From the human T2T-CHM13v2.0 reference genome, Homo sapiens, in assembly GCF_009914755.1 (NCBI RefSeq), contig NC_060938.1: a stretch of 64,000 nt of DNA; one strand, 5' to 3'. Positions within the stretch are counted from its first letter, which is position 1, and each line of letters begins with the position of its first letter. Positions 1 to 12,500 of the stretch are shown here, one piece after another. The notes below the pieces were generated by a model. It did not search any database, had not been told where the DNA came from, and was given only the letters and a program-made list of their open reading frames with translations. Made by a program: the position numbers and the translations under genes.

Positions 1-1032
1 TGCGAGGTTTCATGATAGGAAAGATAAGGGCATCTTTGTATCTGATGGAAATGATTCAGAAGAGAGAAAAACATATGCTGATGTAGGAAAGTGAGGAGAG
101 GATTTCTAGGGTGATGTTCCTGAGTAGCAGGGGGCCGTAGGTCCAGTGCGTAAATGAGGAGATCGGCTTTAGTTTGTGCCAACGTGGGAAGGCACTAAGT
201 GCAGCTGTGCTGACAGGTGAGTGCATATACCAATATGTACGGAAATGTGTGGGGGGCACCCAGGCTGGGAGTGGACCCTCGACACTTCTGAACAGGACAA
301 TGGCTATTTCAAAGCCACCAGCAGTTTTCTGCTCCTAAAGGTGGACCCTGGGAAACAGAGCTTTTCCTCTGGGGAAATCAGAGCAGCACCTGGCCTCAAA
401 TTATGCAAATCCAAAGCAGGTGTCTGCCTCCTGCACAGAGGCCAGGTGGAAGTCATCCGAAGCCTAAATTCTGACATGTTCTACACACATGTAAGTTGGT
501 GTGTGTCTGTTGACTTGGTTACTTCTTTTAGGGAAAAGGTGATTTTTCTGCTCAGTGTCTTCTAGGCCCTCCAGTCTGGAGAGGACTGCAGAAAGAATGC
601 ATAGGGATAGCCCGTCCACCTCTGCTCTCCCATAGCGGGCCACTGAGCTCTCTGGACTAGGCTTCCCACCTGTAGATCAAAGCAACTTGACCACTTATCT
701 CCCAGAAATAATGAGCTCAGAAGGTAGGAATGTTTGTTCCTATCATGTTCTAATGAAATGTAATTCCCTGGGGACGGTGAGCAAGCCCCCTGTCCTGCAA
801 GAGGATTTGGAGTTTCTTCTCGGGAAGGTGGACAATACCCTGTCTGTCATTCCAAGGCCAGAAGTGACTGGGTAGGCAAGACATCCCTGGGGTGAGAGGA
901 ACCTTCCTTTCTATGGCCCTCCTGGTGGGGAGGCCTGGCCTCAAGTCAAGGAGATGCGGAAAGCAGTCCCAGAGGGATGGGGGAGGCAGACCAGGCACTA
1001 GAAAAATGGAAGGAGGTGCCCTGGAAGAGATG

Positions 1033-1193
1033 CTGAGAGCAGCCTACACTTGGACTTCACAAGACGCCACTGAGAGCAGCCTGCACTTTACACCTGGACT
1101 CCACAAGACACCACTGAGAGCAGCCTACACTCTACACTTGGACTTCACAAGACGCCACTGAGAGCAGCTTACACTTGGACTTCACAAGACGCC
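1033..1193. repeat. Minisatellite, 4 copies of a 37/44-bp unit
   Basis: Unit CTGAGAGCAGCCTACAC(TCTACAC)TTGGACTTCACAAGACGCCA repeated four times; the two middle copies carry a 7-bp extra block. Confidence 0.9.
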
Positions 1194-1823
1194 GCTTCTG
1201 TGCGCTGTAAGTTATCCTGGGTCCCTGTGAGGAGCTTTGGTTCTGTTATTCCCAAACCTCCAGGAAGTCTGGCACTAGCCTACAGAAAATCTCAAAGGTT
1301 CTATTTCACTCTTGTGTAAAGGTGCAAAAGGAGATGAAGCCTGAAGCCAGAGAGATGGTGGCAGTGCCCAGGGAACATCTGTGTGGTTGGTGGTGGCCTG
1401 ATGGTGGTCACAGCACCAGGGGCTGCAGAGGGCCTCAGTGAGGGGAATGTGAAGCCCCCAGTGTAGCACCTGAGCTGTAGCCCCATGGAGAAATTGTCAG
1501 ACATGGCTTGGAGATAGGGGTGGAGTGCACTCAGGACGGTGAGTTCCAGCAAATCAACTGCAGAGTCTCAAGCCACTGTAATTTGAGTCCTACGGGAAAT
1601 GTCATATTCTGGAGTCCATGTCTCACAAAGCCAGACTTCTGGATGAAGTGGGGTGGAAGACCTGGCATCCCTCCCATTTCTTACCTTCTCTTCATGTTCT
1701 ACACCCCCCAGTTCCCTAGGGAGATCTCTCAAGACATCTCTGTGAACTCTAAAAATCTGTAGAGTGCAGGCTGAAACACGTCAGTCCCTTTGGGGATGTC
1801 CCCATGTTGAGACAACATGGGGG

Positions 1824-2069
1824 AACCCGTGGGTGGTAACTGAACTGAACTGATGTGACTCCTTTCACACGGAACATGGCTTGGAGGCATTGCAGAATGC
1901 ATCTCTGATATCTAGAGTGAGCTGCAGGCTTGAGAAAGGAAAATTCTGGTTCTGAATGCTTTCAATAAAGTCACATTTATGGAAGGGGGGAGCTAAGTGA
2001 CAGGGCATTCCAAGAGCGCTGCCATCCCTTGAGATCTGCACAGCCTCACCCGCCCCTCCCACTGGGAAC
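1824..2069. repeat. Left arm of a local inverted duplication
   Basis: Reverse complement aligns with 2420-2557 plus 2874-2977, e.g. GCCATCCCTTGAGATCTGCA vs TGCAGATCTCAAGGGATGGC and GGGTGGTAACTGAACTGA vs TCAGTTCAGTTACCACCC. Confidence 0.9.
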
Positions 2070-2333
2070 ATCTTCTGCAGTGGAAGAGCAGCCACCCTAG
2101 GGCTTCAACCTGAGGGTAAGAGGGTCAGATTTGCAGGACACCTGTCATTCAATAAACCAGAAGTTCAAAAGTTCTGCTGAGAACCTTGGAGCTCTGCCTC
2201 TTTAGACAATGGGAAGGAAAGAGGAATTTGCATTTGGATATGTTTTCTGTGGGGCAATGCTGTGCTAAGGCACATTTAATTCTCTCAAGAGTACTGTGGT
2301 GTTGGCGATATTATGGCCACACACCATAGATGA

Positions 2334-2977
<644 letters not shown>

Positions 2978-3862
2978 ACTAAGCTCAGTCCTAGCATCAT
3001 CTGTACCTCTCTTGGTACCGTCCTTGGTGCCTGACAGGACGTTAGGTGTGGCAGAGGTTCTTAGTAAATACCTTTATGGAGATGCATGGGGAATGATGAC
3101 AGGGACAAGGTGGAAGAGGGAAAGAGAACAGAGAAGAGGACATCTGACACCTGTCCAAGTGGAAACTGCCCACTCTGCTACATCCCCTTCACTGCTCTGG
3201 CTACTAGAGGCCACTAGCCCAGCCACTTTCAAGGCACTATGTATGTCCACGCTGACACTAAGTCCCCAAGACTTAAACCCAACACCAACTCTTACCTTTT
3301 CCCCCAAAATCTATCAGTAAGCAAGTGCCTGGGAGGAATTCTGTAGGCTTAGCATTAATCTAATATCAGTTTATGTTTTAAAAAGAAAAATATTTACTCT
3401 CTTTTATTCTTCAACTATTATTTGTATAACTTACTTTGGATACTTCATGGGTTTTGTTGTGACACCACAGTTGACAACATCATTCTACTCACAACTCACA
3501 GCTCTCTTTTACAGCCCGTGTTTGTCCTTGCAGTTTCCTTTGCTCCTCACCCTTTCATACAGACTGCCACTCACCCTTGAAGACTTGGCTCAAATGCTAT
3601 CTCCTCTATGAAGTCCTCCCTGACCACGGCCCTCCAGTAAGACTCCATCTACTGCGCCCTCACAGTCTTGATGAATCTCCCTCAAAGAGCCAGGCACTTC
3701 ACTCTATTCCTATGATTTGTTCCCCAGTCTAATTCTCACCATGATATAAGTTTATTATAGAGCCCAGAAGAGGACTTGGCCATGAGGTAAGAGCTCAGAC
3801 AGCAGAAATAAGAGGGAAGACAAGAGAAGGAAAAAGCTGCGAGGGCTAGGCACCCACTTTAC

Positions 3863-4133
3863 CTGCGTGACAGTAATGTTTTCCATCTGGAGAAAGTGTC
3901 CACCTGCAATCCCTTCTCCAAGTGCTTCAGCTTGCCCTCATCAGGAAGGATGAAGATGGCTGTGATATTTTTCTGGTAGGGTATTTCCAGGATGGTGCAA
4001 GAGAGCTTATCGTCATAGCCAACTTGGTATATGCCACTACGGAACATCATGGGCACCTTGACTGAACTGTTTTTCTCCAGAAAGAAATCTTCCTCTTTAG
4101 TTACATTTGGATCAAACTCATGTTTCCACCTGG
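3863..4133 (-). CDS. SERPINA12: SERPINA12 second coding exon (A212-R302)
   Basis: Acceptor ...tttcttcaatctaag|CC AGG TGG completes G+CC=Ala and reads ARWKHEFDPNVTKEEDFFLEKNSSVKVPMMFRSGIYQVGYDDKLSCTILEIPYQKNITAIFILPDEGKLKHLEKGLQVDTFSRWKTLLSR. Donor CAG|GTAAAG at 3862; 271 nt. Later exons are outside the window. Confidence 0.97.
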
Positions 4134-4849
4134 CTTAGATTGAAGAAAGACAAACAGACATGTTATCCCAAGGGAAAAAAGGTGACTAAATCCAACTAAC
4201 CAGTAGTCTCTCTCCACACAGATTCAGGGTGAAAGGGGATATTCCGGGATATCAGGGAAGTCCTTGCCCTCATGCCATGTCCTGGAGATTTCTGATGATA
4301 TGGGCTCAGGTGCAATTATTAGTTCCCAAAGAAGCCAGGACTAGACTGCCAAATTAAGAGGGGAAAAGAAGACTACCATAAGCTCAGGTTCCCCTAAGCC
4401 TGAGAAAGCCCACTGATTATGTCCTAACAGAGGGGACTGCATTACAATTAATGAGGGCTAATTGAGTCTGATGTGAGTAGACTCTTCTTTAGCCATCAAT
4501 CTGCCTGTGGATTTTGAGAACCCTCAATTTTTTATATTTAGTACCATGTTCCTGACACTCCAGCAGTGATTTTGTCTGGACTGATGGGTGTTGGCCTCTG
4601 ATTCTCACCTATTTTGGCCAACCTGTTTGTGTACATGTGTTCTGTGTGGTGTTGGGGGATAAAGTTGAAATTGGAAACATTCTTCCATCTTTTTTTTCTG
4701 TCTCTCTCCATCAGATCTGGGAAATATATAAAGTCTGATAAGGAGAATTTATATAATACATACATAAGGAGACCCACCAAGTGATCACCATCACCATAAT
4801 CAACACAATCACCATCTCAGGTGTCTGCTTAAAGTGCTGGAAAGCACAC

Positions 4850-5220
4850 AGTGCTAGGGCCAGGAGAAATGTGTTCCAGTACTGACTGTCAATGATGGGC
4901 TTTGTAACTTGGAGTAAGTCAGTTAATCTCTCTCTGATTTTTTTTTCTCATCTAAGTGATGGGAACAAAATGTCATTCCAACCTCTATAACCAATGTTGT
5001 GTTAGGATAATCACCAATAATGAAAATGATAGACTTCATAAAGCTCATTTCACATACATTTTCACTTTAAATCTCAATAACTGTATGAGTTATGTATCAT
5101 GGTAACCATTTTACAGATAGGAAAAGTGAGGTTTTGAGAGATAAATCACATATGAATTCAAGGTCACAGAGTAAACAAGTGGCCAACCCAGGTTTTTAAC
5201 CCAAGTCTAGTGGTCATCCT
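4850..5220. mobile_element. Degenerate MIR fragments
   Basis: Core-like text 'taacttggagtaagtcagttaatctctct' and 'ccattttacagataggaaaagtgagg...aaggtcacag'. Confidence 0.55.
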
Positions 5221-5253
5221 ATTCTTTCCACACCAACATGCCAAAAGCCTTAC

Positions 5254-5887
5254 CTCGAAAGAAAATATAATTTGCAAGAAGCATCACAGTGCCGGGGTCT
5301 ATATTCTCGATCAGGTTGTTAATTTTCCCATGGGTTTTTTGACTGATAAAGTCATTGATCTGCTTCTGAGCCATTTCCAAATTCTGAAAGTTGGTAAGGA
5401 TGGTTTCGGCACTGTAAAAGTTCTTGGCATCTTCCAAAAACTTACGCTGTGGCTGCAGCCTCTGGTCAATGAACAGCGTGTTCCCAATGCTCAGTTTGAG
5501 GTCCTGGGTCTTCTGGGTCAGCTCGTGGATGATGTAATGGAAGCCCTCATGAAGATCTTTTTCTGGCATCTTTCTGAAGTTGAACCCCTGCTTGATCTCG
5601 TCCAGGGTGCTGTCCTGGGCACCCAGGCACAGCATGGAGAAAGCTGTAGAGATGCTCAAGGGGGATAGGAAGATGTTCCTGCCAGGGTTGTAAAAGGCCA
5701 GCTTCTTGAGCAGCTTAAAGCCTAAGTCCATGTTCTGCCTTGCAAGCTCCTTGGCTGCCATCCTTTGCTTCCATCCTTGGACCTCGCTCAAAGCTTTATA
5801 ATTCCTTGGTGAGAAGCTCGGCTTTAGAAGACCTTTCACCGTGAGGAGAACAGCCAGAAAAATGGCCAGGCCTAGTGTGGGGTTCAT
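5254..5887 (-). CDS. SERPINA12: SERPINA12 (vaspin) first coding exon: signal peptide and N-terminal serpin domain, codons 1-211 plus 1 nt
   Basis: ORF 5887- translates MNPTLGLAIFLAVLLTVKGLLKPSF...NIFLSPLSISTAFSMLCLGA...INDFISQKTHGKINNLI...LLANYIFFR, which is human vaspin with classic serpin motifs. Donor CGAG|GTAAG at 5253; 634 nt, phase 1. Confidence 0.98.
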
Positions 5888-5920
5888 TTTCCTTGAAGAA
5901 TATCCTGTTGAGTAGTAGAC
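5888..5920 (-). other. SERPINA12: 5'UTR part of the first coding exon, with two candidate acceptors (exon start 5920 or 5904)
   Basis: Minus strand tttttttctgctgacctcag|GTCTACTACTCAACAG|GATATTCTTCAAGGAAAATG: a polypyrimidine tract plus CAG at -33 and a second CAG at -17 relative to the ATG. Confidence 0.75.
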
Positions 5921-7139
5921 CTGAGGTCAGCAGAAAAAAAGAACATGATAACCCCATTGCCTACATGTTACCCAGAGGAAGACCAGATGAAAGAAGAAAT
6001 ACAGTGACTATTATGTGTTGTACATAGCAGTTTATGAGTGCTTTGACCCCTTTATAGCATTTAAACTTTATAATCACCCTGGGGACTAGAAATGACTTCT
6101 ACACTTTGTAAATAGGAGGACTGAATGTAGAAGACAACTCTTGTTTTTGTACCCTCTTTATGGAAACAGTGTCTCAATTCCTTTGAGGAACAGCTCTCCT
6201 TCCCTCCATTGGACCACAGTGAGGATACCCCGTAGTGTAGGCATATGGCCCAGACCTACCATCATAATACTTCATTCCTTTGCCACACTGGCTGGTTAAA
6301 GATGAGAGTGTGGACCAAAATCAGACCTCTCAGTGTCTTTCTAAGGGAATGCAAAACCCCCTAAACTTTGGGGCAGCTAGCTTTGTGAAGTAGCCCTGGA
6401 GCTGAATGTGGCCATGGTTTCCACATGTAGAAGGAGAGGAGAGCGATAGAGGGAGGTGGAAAGACAGAAATGGACTGACACATCTGATGACATCTTTGGA
6501 GACCCTGGACTAACCTTTAACTCAGTTTGCTACCCACTTCCATGTTTCCAAGTTATGAAAGCCAATAAATTTCCCTTTTAGAGTTGGCTGGTTTGAGGTA
6601 AATTTTTCCCCTTCAGTCAAAAGAATTATGACTAATTTACAGAGATCAAGCTCTTTGTTTAAGCTCATATGTTCTCTAGGTGGTGGATACTCATTCCAGG
6701 AGGACTTAGATCTCCAGGAAACCTTCTTCCCTACACCCTTCCCAGGGAGGGAAGAGGATGGCACCATGGGAGAGGAACAGCCAGGTCTTCCTGGCTCTGG
6801 ACTGCTGCTCCTTTCATCCACCTCTCAGCTTTGACATATTCCAACGGCCACTGTGAGCTTCTGGGAGACAAGACTTTTAGCTACGTTTTCCCTTAATCTC
6901 CAGCCCTAATTCTGCAGAGAGATGCTAAAAGCATGTTGGCCTAAAAAGCTTATTGATTTCTCTGGTTGGACATACTACTGTCAGTGATGGTCACACCCAT
7001 TTATATGTAAAACGAAGGCAGATTTCTTTGCTTGGTCATCTGTTATATCATTTAGTCTGCTTTCTTCCTGTAATTTATATCTTACATGTCTGTAATCTGT
7101 GGGTAATAGTCAGCCTGTCCACAGTAAAGGTTTTTCATG

Positions 7140-7520
7140 GTTGTCTTAGATTGGGTTCCCTAGAAGCAGAACCTGAGATGGGGATTTAGGTGCATGTTAT
7201 GTATTGAGGCAGTTGTCTTCCCTGTAGGGAAGTGAGGGAAGTGGGATGGAAAAGGGAAGGAGCCAAGGTGACATCTAGCCTTGGCCTGGTCCACAGTGGG
7301 AGGGCTCTCCAGGCTGGCCTTTTGGATAGAATCGGTCAGTTGGTGGCTGTGATCTGTCCTCTGGATGCAGGTCATGGTGCATAACTGGGTCAGTTAGGTC
7401 TTATCAGCCAAGGACAATTTTCTGGAGAGGGGAGGGCAGTTGTGAGCTGTCAGCAGCCAACCCTCACAGCAGCACCAGCAAAAGGGAACTGGGTCAGCCA
7501 CCAACGGGGTCTGCACAGCT
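7140..7520. mobile_element. Old ERVL-type LTR remnant (LTR16-like)
   Basis: Begins tgtcttagattgggttccctagaagcagaacctgagatgg, resembling LTR16-family termini from recall. Confidence 0.5.
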
Positions 7521-9512
7521 AAACTCCCATGCCTGGCTCTTTCTGGTTGGCTGAATAAGCAGATGAATGAACACCAGGCAGGGCCTGTACCTAGGAGTGT
7601 CCCCAGTTCCCAGGTTCTTCATGTCCAAATCCTTCTACGCCAAGCACTGTGGATAGAGCCTTGATCACAACAAAGGTCTTCAAGGAGTTTGTAGTATAGT
7701 ATTGGAAAATTCTAGTGAATACTGCTCATTGCTCCTTCAGCATCCATTCTCCCAGCTTCCCAGTAGATCCTCCTCTTCTTTCTTCTCCTCTTCCCCTCCT
7801 CGCCTTCTTCTCCTCTTATCCTCTTCTCCTCATCTTCTCTTTCTTTTTCTTCTTTTCAATAATATACTCTTCTCTCAGGCAGCCCATGTGCCTCAGGGAC
7901 ACAAGCCCCTCCCAGCTCCAAGGGAGGGCCTGATTGGTGCAGGGGCATCTCAACTCTCCTGCTACTGGTTGGTTCAGGAGCCAGACCTAATCCAATCAGT
8001 GCAGGCGGGAATTTCTGCCCTGATCCTTGTTTAGGGAGGGGCATGTGGCTTAAGGGGTGCAATGAGGGAGGATTTCAAGACTGTTTGTTGGAATGTTGGG
8101 GTGCTGGCCTGTCTCTTTCCTGGGATGTCCTGGGCAGGAAGGCACGGCAGGCAGGGACTAACAGCAACTTTGCCCCGTGAGGGAAGTGACTCTAAGACAA
8201 AGCCATAGCACAAAGAGGATGCATCCAAGGGCTCTTAAGAGAAACCGGGGCTGGGTCCATGGAAAAAGCTGAACCCAGAGCCCACCTTGCCTCTGGACCC
8301 CCAGTGACGTTGAGTTACATGGCCACTTCCTTGAAGCCAAAAACATCCTCACAAATACGGGCAGATACATATTTTTTAAAACGCCAGGACTACTAAGTAG
8401 GCAGGAGTTCTGTGCTCTGCTCTCATGCCTTCGTAGCTGTGTGACATTCCAGAAAGCACTTCCCTCTCTGAACCTGGGTGCTCTCTAAGCACCTTCTACC
8501 CCCAAAAACCACTTCTTGGTAAAACTTAATAACAGCTGGTGATGAACAAGGGCTCTATGGGCTGCTGAAAACAGATTGTAGAAGAGAAATTAGTAGAATT
8601 CCCAAGAATGCTTCAGATAAACAAAAGAAAATAGGAAGGAGTCCATTTCAGGGTTTAGGGGGCTGCACTGTTTACAAAGGCTGCCTGGATTAAAAATAGA
8701 AGCTTCTGCTATTCAGAGTGGGCGCAAGTTCCCAGTGCCTAGGAGTGGAGAAGTTAAGACATGTCCCTTGAGCTGAGAAAACATTCTCAGCAGCGGTGAA
8801 ACCAGCAGCCTGGCAGGAGCCTTGGAGGAGGCCGGGCAGGGCAGGGCTGGAGCAGGGAAGGAACCCACAGAAAGCACCATCCTGGGAACACTCTGTGGCA
8901 CGCACAGCTTTACAGTGATGTTCAGTCACTGATCCCTAAACATTGTCAAGTTTCAGAAACAAGAACGGATTATGGAATTCCAGGTCTGGATAGCGGTCCT
9001 CCCCAACTTGTGTGTTTGTTAGGTGTTTTGATGCAAGTCTCTTCACCCTTCAGGCTTTCAGTATCTTCATCTATTAAATGAGGGGGAGGTGGTGATAATT
9101 TGGTTTCTTCCCCATGAGATGCTGCTGATCAGGTGGCACTGCCACCACCTCCCGCCCCCCCCACCCCCGCCCCAAGGGACACAGCCCACACCCTGGCCTG
9201 GTGGGGTCTCAGCACCCTCCCACCTCAGCATGCCTGTGTCACAGCAGTCTCCACCGGGCCTCCTGCCCTGGCTCCCTGAGTGCGAACATCTGGCCTTTCT
9301 CCCCCAAACAGCCAACACCAGCCCCATTCCGGGCCTTTCCATCTGTCATCACGGGCTTTAAACTGACCCAAATTTGTCAGTTGGGTTAGATGCCTGAGTA
9401 GGCTAATTTTTTAATTCCATCAATTAAAATAGCTGAGCAACTGGTTATTTCCCAATCAATTGATAGGTTGCTCTCCTGAGTTGAGCAATTGTTTGTTGGC
9501 TTTTAGTTTGGA

Positions 9513-9513
<1 letters not shown>

Positions 9514-9544
<31 letters not shown>

Positions 9545-9554
9545 CTGTGTGTGT
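9514..9554. repeat. (TG)n microsatellite
   Basis: TG run with one interruption. Confidence 0.95.
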
Positions 9555-12500
9555 TTGGCTGTGACTCAAAATAAATAAAGAGATAAAACTAAAACAAAAC
9601 CAAGAAAAAAAAAGAACAAGATAGAAACCGAACCCCATGGGGTACACATGGGACACATGAAGCTATAGTCAGTATTTCAATTCTCTGATCATCCTGCTCC
9701 CATGTTCCCTATTAATTTGGAAAAATAATTTCCTCCTCTTATGACTAGATAAAATAGTGCCTCACTGACCCGGAAGTCATTCATCCTAAAGACAGATCCA
9801 AACCAGATGGGAAGCGTCCGCACAGGTAGCACAGGCGGCTTAAGTCTACACGAGAAGGGGTTTCCCTGTGGGAGGGCACTGCTTCCACCTCCCACACCGT
9901 CCCGATCAGCCAACTGAAGCAACAGTGAGCTGTGACAGCAGACTCAACAATAATAATATTTCTAATTTTACAAAGCGCTTCCCCCGTTATCACCACAGTT
10001 TGAAGAAATGATACCTAAACAGGGATAACACACACAGGCTACAGAAGGTCTACTCAGTGCACAGTGGTTTGGAACCACAGTTTTCTTTAGAGAGAACTCC
10101 CCCTGCCCCCAGGCAGGTCACTCCTCTCCTGATAGTTGACCACCCTACCTCTCTTCCCTGGGATGAAACTGACTGGCTAGAAAGAGTTGATGTAATATCC
10201 TTCCTCAAGCCAATGAGACCAAAAAGTTTAGAATGCTTTGGACAAGTTCCCATGTCTTGAGAACCAACAGAGCGAGCTTCAGGCAACCAGTGTGTTGCCT
10301 CCTCATCGGGGAGATGCTTCCTACACTTGGCTGCATGCACCAGACACCCCTTCCTGCCCCAGAAACCCCTTCCTGCCCCAGGAACCCCAGGCCCTCTGAG
10401 ATGCCACCTTTCCTCAGAACCTTTTCTGAGCGCCTCTTGGAATGTGCAGCACTTGGGTAAACCCGGTGCCCTTCTTTGGGCTGAGAAATCTGAGGAATCC
10501 TTGCTAAAGGTGTGCCTTGGCCTCCCAACAGAAGACCCTCACAAGAGCCCTGCACTTGAAGAGCCACTTCAGGCCTGCTCTGTGGCTCACCTGTTTTAAA
10601 GGACTGATATTGCTTTAAGAAGAAATCACTCTATATACATCAGAAATTAAATTATTATTTTTAAAAGCACATTTAGAACTAAGTGGTGGTAAGACATATC
10701 TTCTCTCCCCTGTTAGAAGTAAGAGAAGCCCCATAAACAAACTCTGATGACCACAGCAATATACTTTCTCCTCCTTTCTGGAAAACAAAGAGTGGAGAAC
10801 ATGTCCCCATTCCACTTGTTAATTTGCCCTGTAGATTTCTGCCTTCATTCCTTAAGAAATATGTTTGAGTCCTCACTCTGTGTCAGGCACTGGGGCACTA
10901 GAGCAATGCCCAGGAAATGGTCCATATTGATGCTGCAGACTGACTCTCAGCCCAACAAGCCCCACAGCCTTCTCCAAACCCTCAAGAACCTTCCAGCTGT
11001 TTGCCTGACCTGGTCCTCCTCCCCTTCCGTGACTGCATTCTAGGAGGAGGGGTATGTGGGTTGGAAAGGCTGAGAGATCATTGACTTCAGGACTATCTGT
11101 GCCATAAAGAGGGAAATGAGGCCCAGAGTGGACAAAGGAAGAGATTGTGGTTGCAGTGTGCATCAGTGGTGAAGGCAATTCTGCAGAAATGCATTGAACA
11201 GGCTGCTTCGCCTCACTTTCTCCATGAACCAGTGAGTTGATGGATCCAGCCTCTATCCTCAGAGAGAGATAAAGATTCACAAACAGCTCACACACAAGGA
11301 TGACTGTGGCCAGCATCATGCAGCAGGGGTGGACCCAAATTGGAGGCACCACTTATGTCCCAAGACTTCTCCCATCCCCACATTCATGAAGCTTCTCTCT
11401 CTAGAAAAGCACTGGGCAGTAGACATCCATAACACTCTGCCAAAGATGTTCAACAAATTCTTCAAGAGGGGTTTACCTGGATTTTGGAGATCCTCTAGAA
11501 TTTTCCTTTCATACACCCACCTGTGGACAGTGCTACATCCTCCCTCGATCTGAAGCAAGCTTCGTGTGGAATAGACAAGAAGCACCGGATCTTTTGGAAG
11601 GGAAGGTCTCATACTCACAGTACATTCAGAAGTCCACTGAGCCAGCCAAATGCATCTGCCTTTCTTGCTTTATTATTTATACTTCCATGGCCTCTTGGAA
11701 GAGTAAGGCCAATACAATGAGCTGGCGTGTATGGGCAGGTGATGGAGGCTTTGGAAGCAATGGCCACACCACCTCCCTGGGAGCTCTCCCTGTGGAGGCA
11801 GCGGCATGATATCGTACCGGCCACACCCACTGGGCTGTGGCTTCCCTAATGAAGTCCACTAGACACCTTTTGCAACGACTCTATTTCCCAGTTGCTCTCT
11901 GGGTATGGAAGCCAGAATAGTCTACAAGTAGATGAGCCTAGAGTCCTAATACTGAATATTCAACCCAAGTATCATCATTGCTGCCCATGGGAACAGGTTG
12001 ATAACTGGGCTTCTTGGGGTCATTCCCATGTATCCCTCACCATTTTCTTTTGCTATTTTTTCATGTGTTCCAAATTAGCTTAGCTCACATGGAGTCCTTT
12101 GGGGAAAAAGTTCGAGGACAGACAAATAGACAACTAAATGCGTAGATTCCGTTAGGAAGAACAGGAATTAAAAATTCACCTCAAAGTTCATGATCATGGA
12201 AATTACAAATTGTTTTCCTATTGCACATTTGTTGTGCTGGAGTGGTGAGACTATGGTTGGGTTCTCTTGTGCTGGGGTGATGAGACTATGGCTGAACTCT
12301 GTTGTCTCTGCCTCCCCCTTACTTTTCTATATTTTCCAAATTGTCTTTAAAAAACAGATATTACTTTAGGATTAATTTTTCAAAGGCTTAAAATAAAATA
12401 AAATAAAATTCTTATCTTCAGTTTTACCACTTGGAGAGAGAAGCATTGAAGATGTCTGGGAACATTCCAAACCCACTGATGCTGGGATGGAAGAGCAATA

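Noticed and set aside
5219-5253. 222-aa single-exon vaspin ending GKAFGMLVWKE
   Set aside because: Read-through past a canonical GTAAG donor; the spliced frame continues correctly at 4133.
5210-5668. 152-aa ORF antisense to SERPINA12
   Set aside because: Shadow ORF of the coding exon with no independent features.
7770-7856. CT-rich tract as triplex-forming DNA
   Set aside because: Short, degenerate low-complexity sequence without a clear mirror repeat.
12232-12300. Small tandem duplications (here ~35 bp; also ~10347-10390 and ~43634-43670)
   Set aside because: Ordinary two-copy slippage duplications with no evident function.
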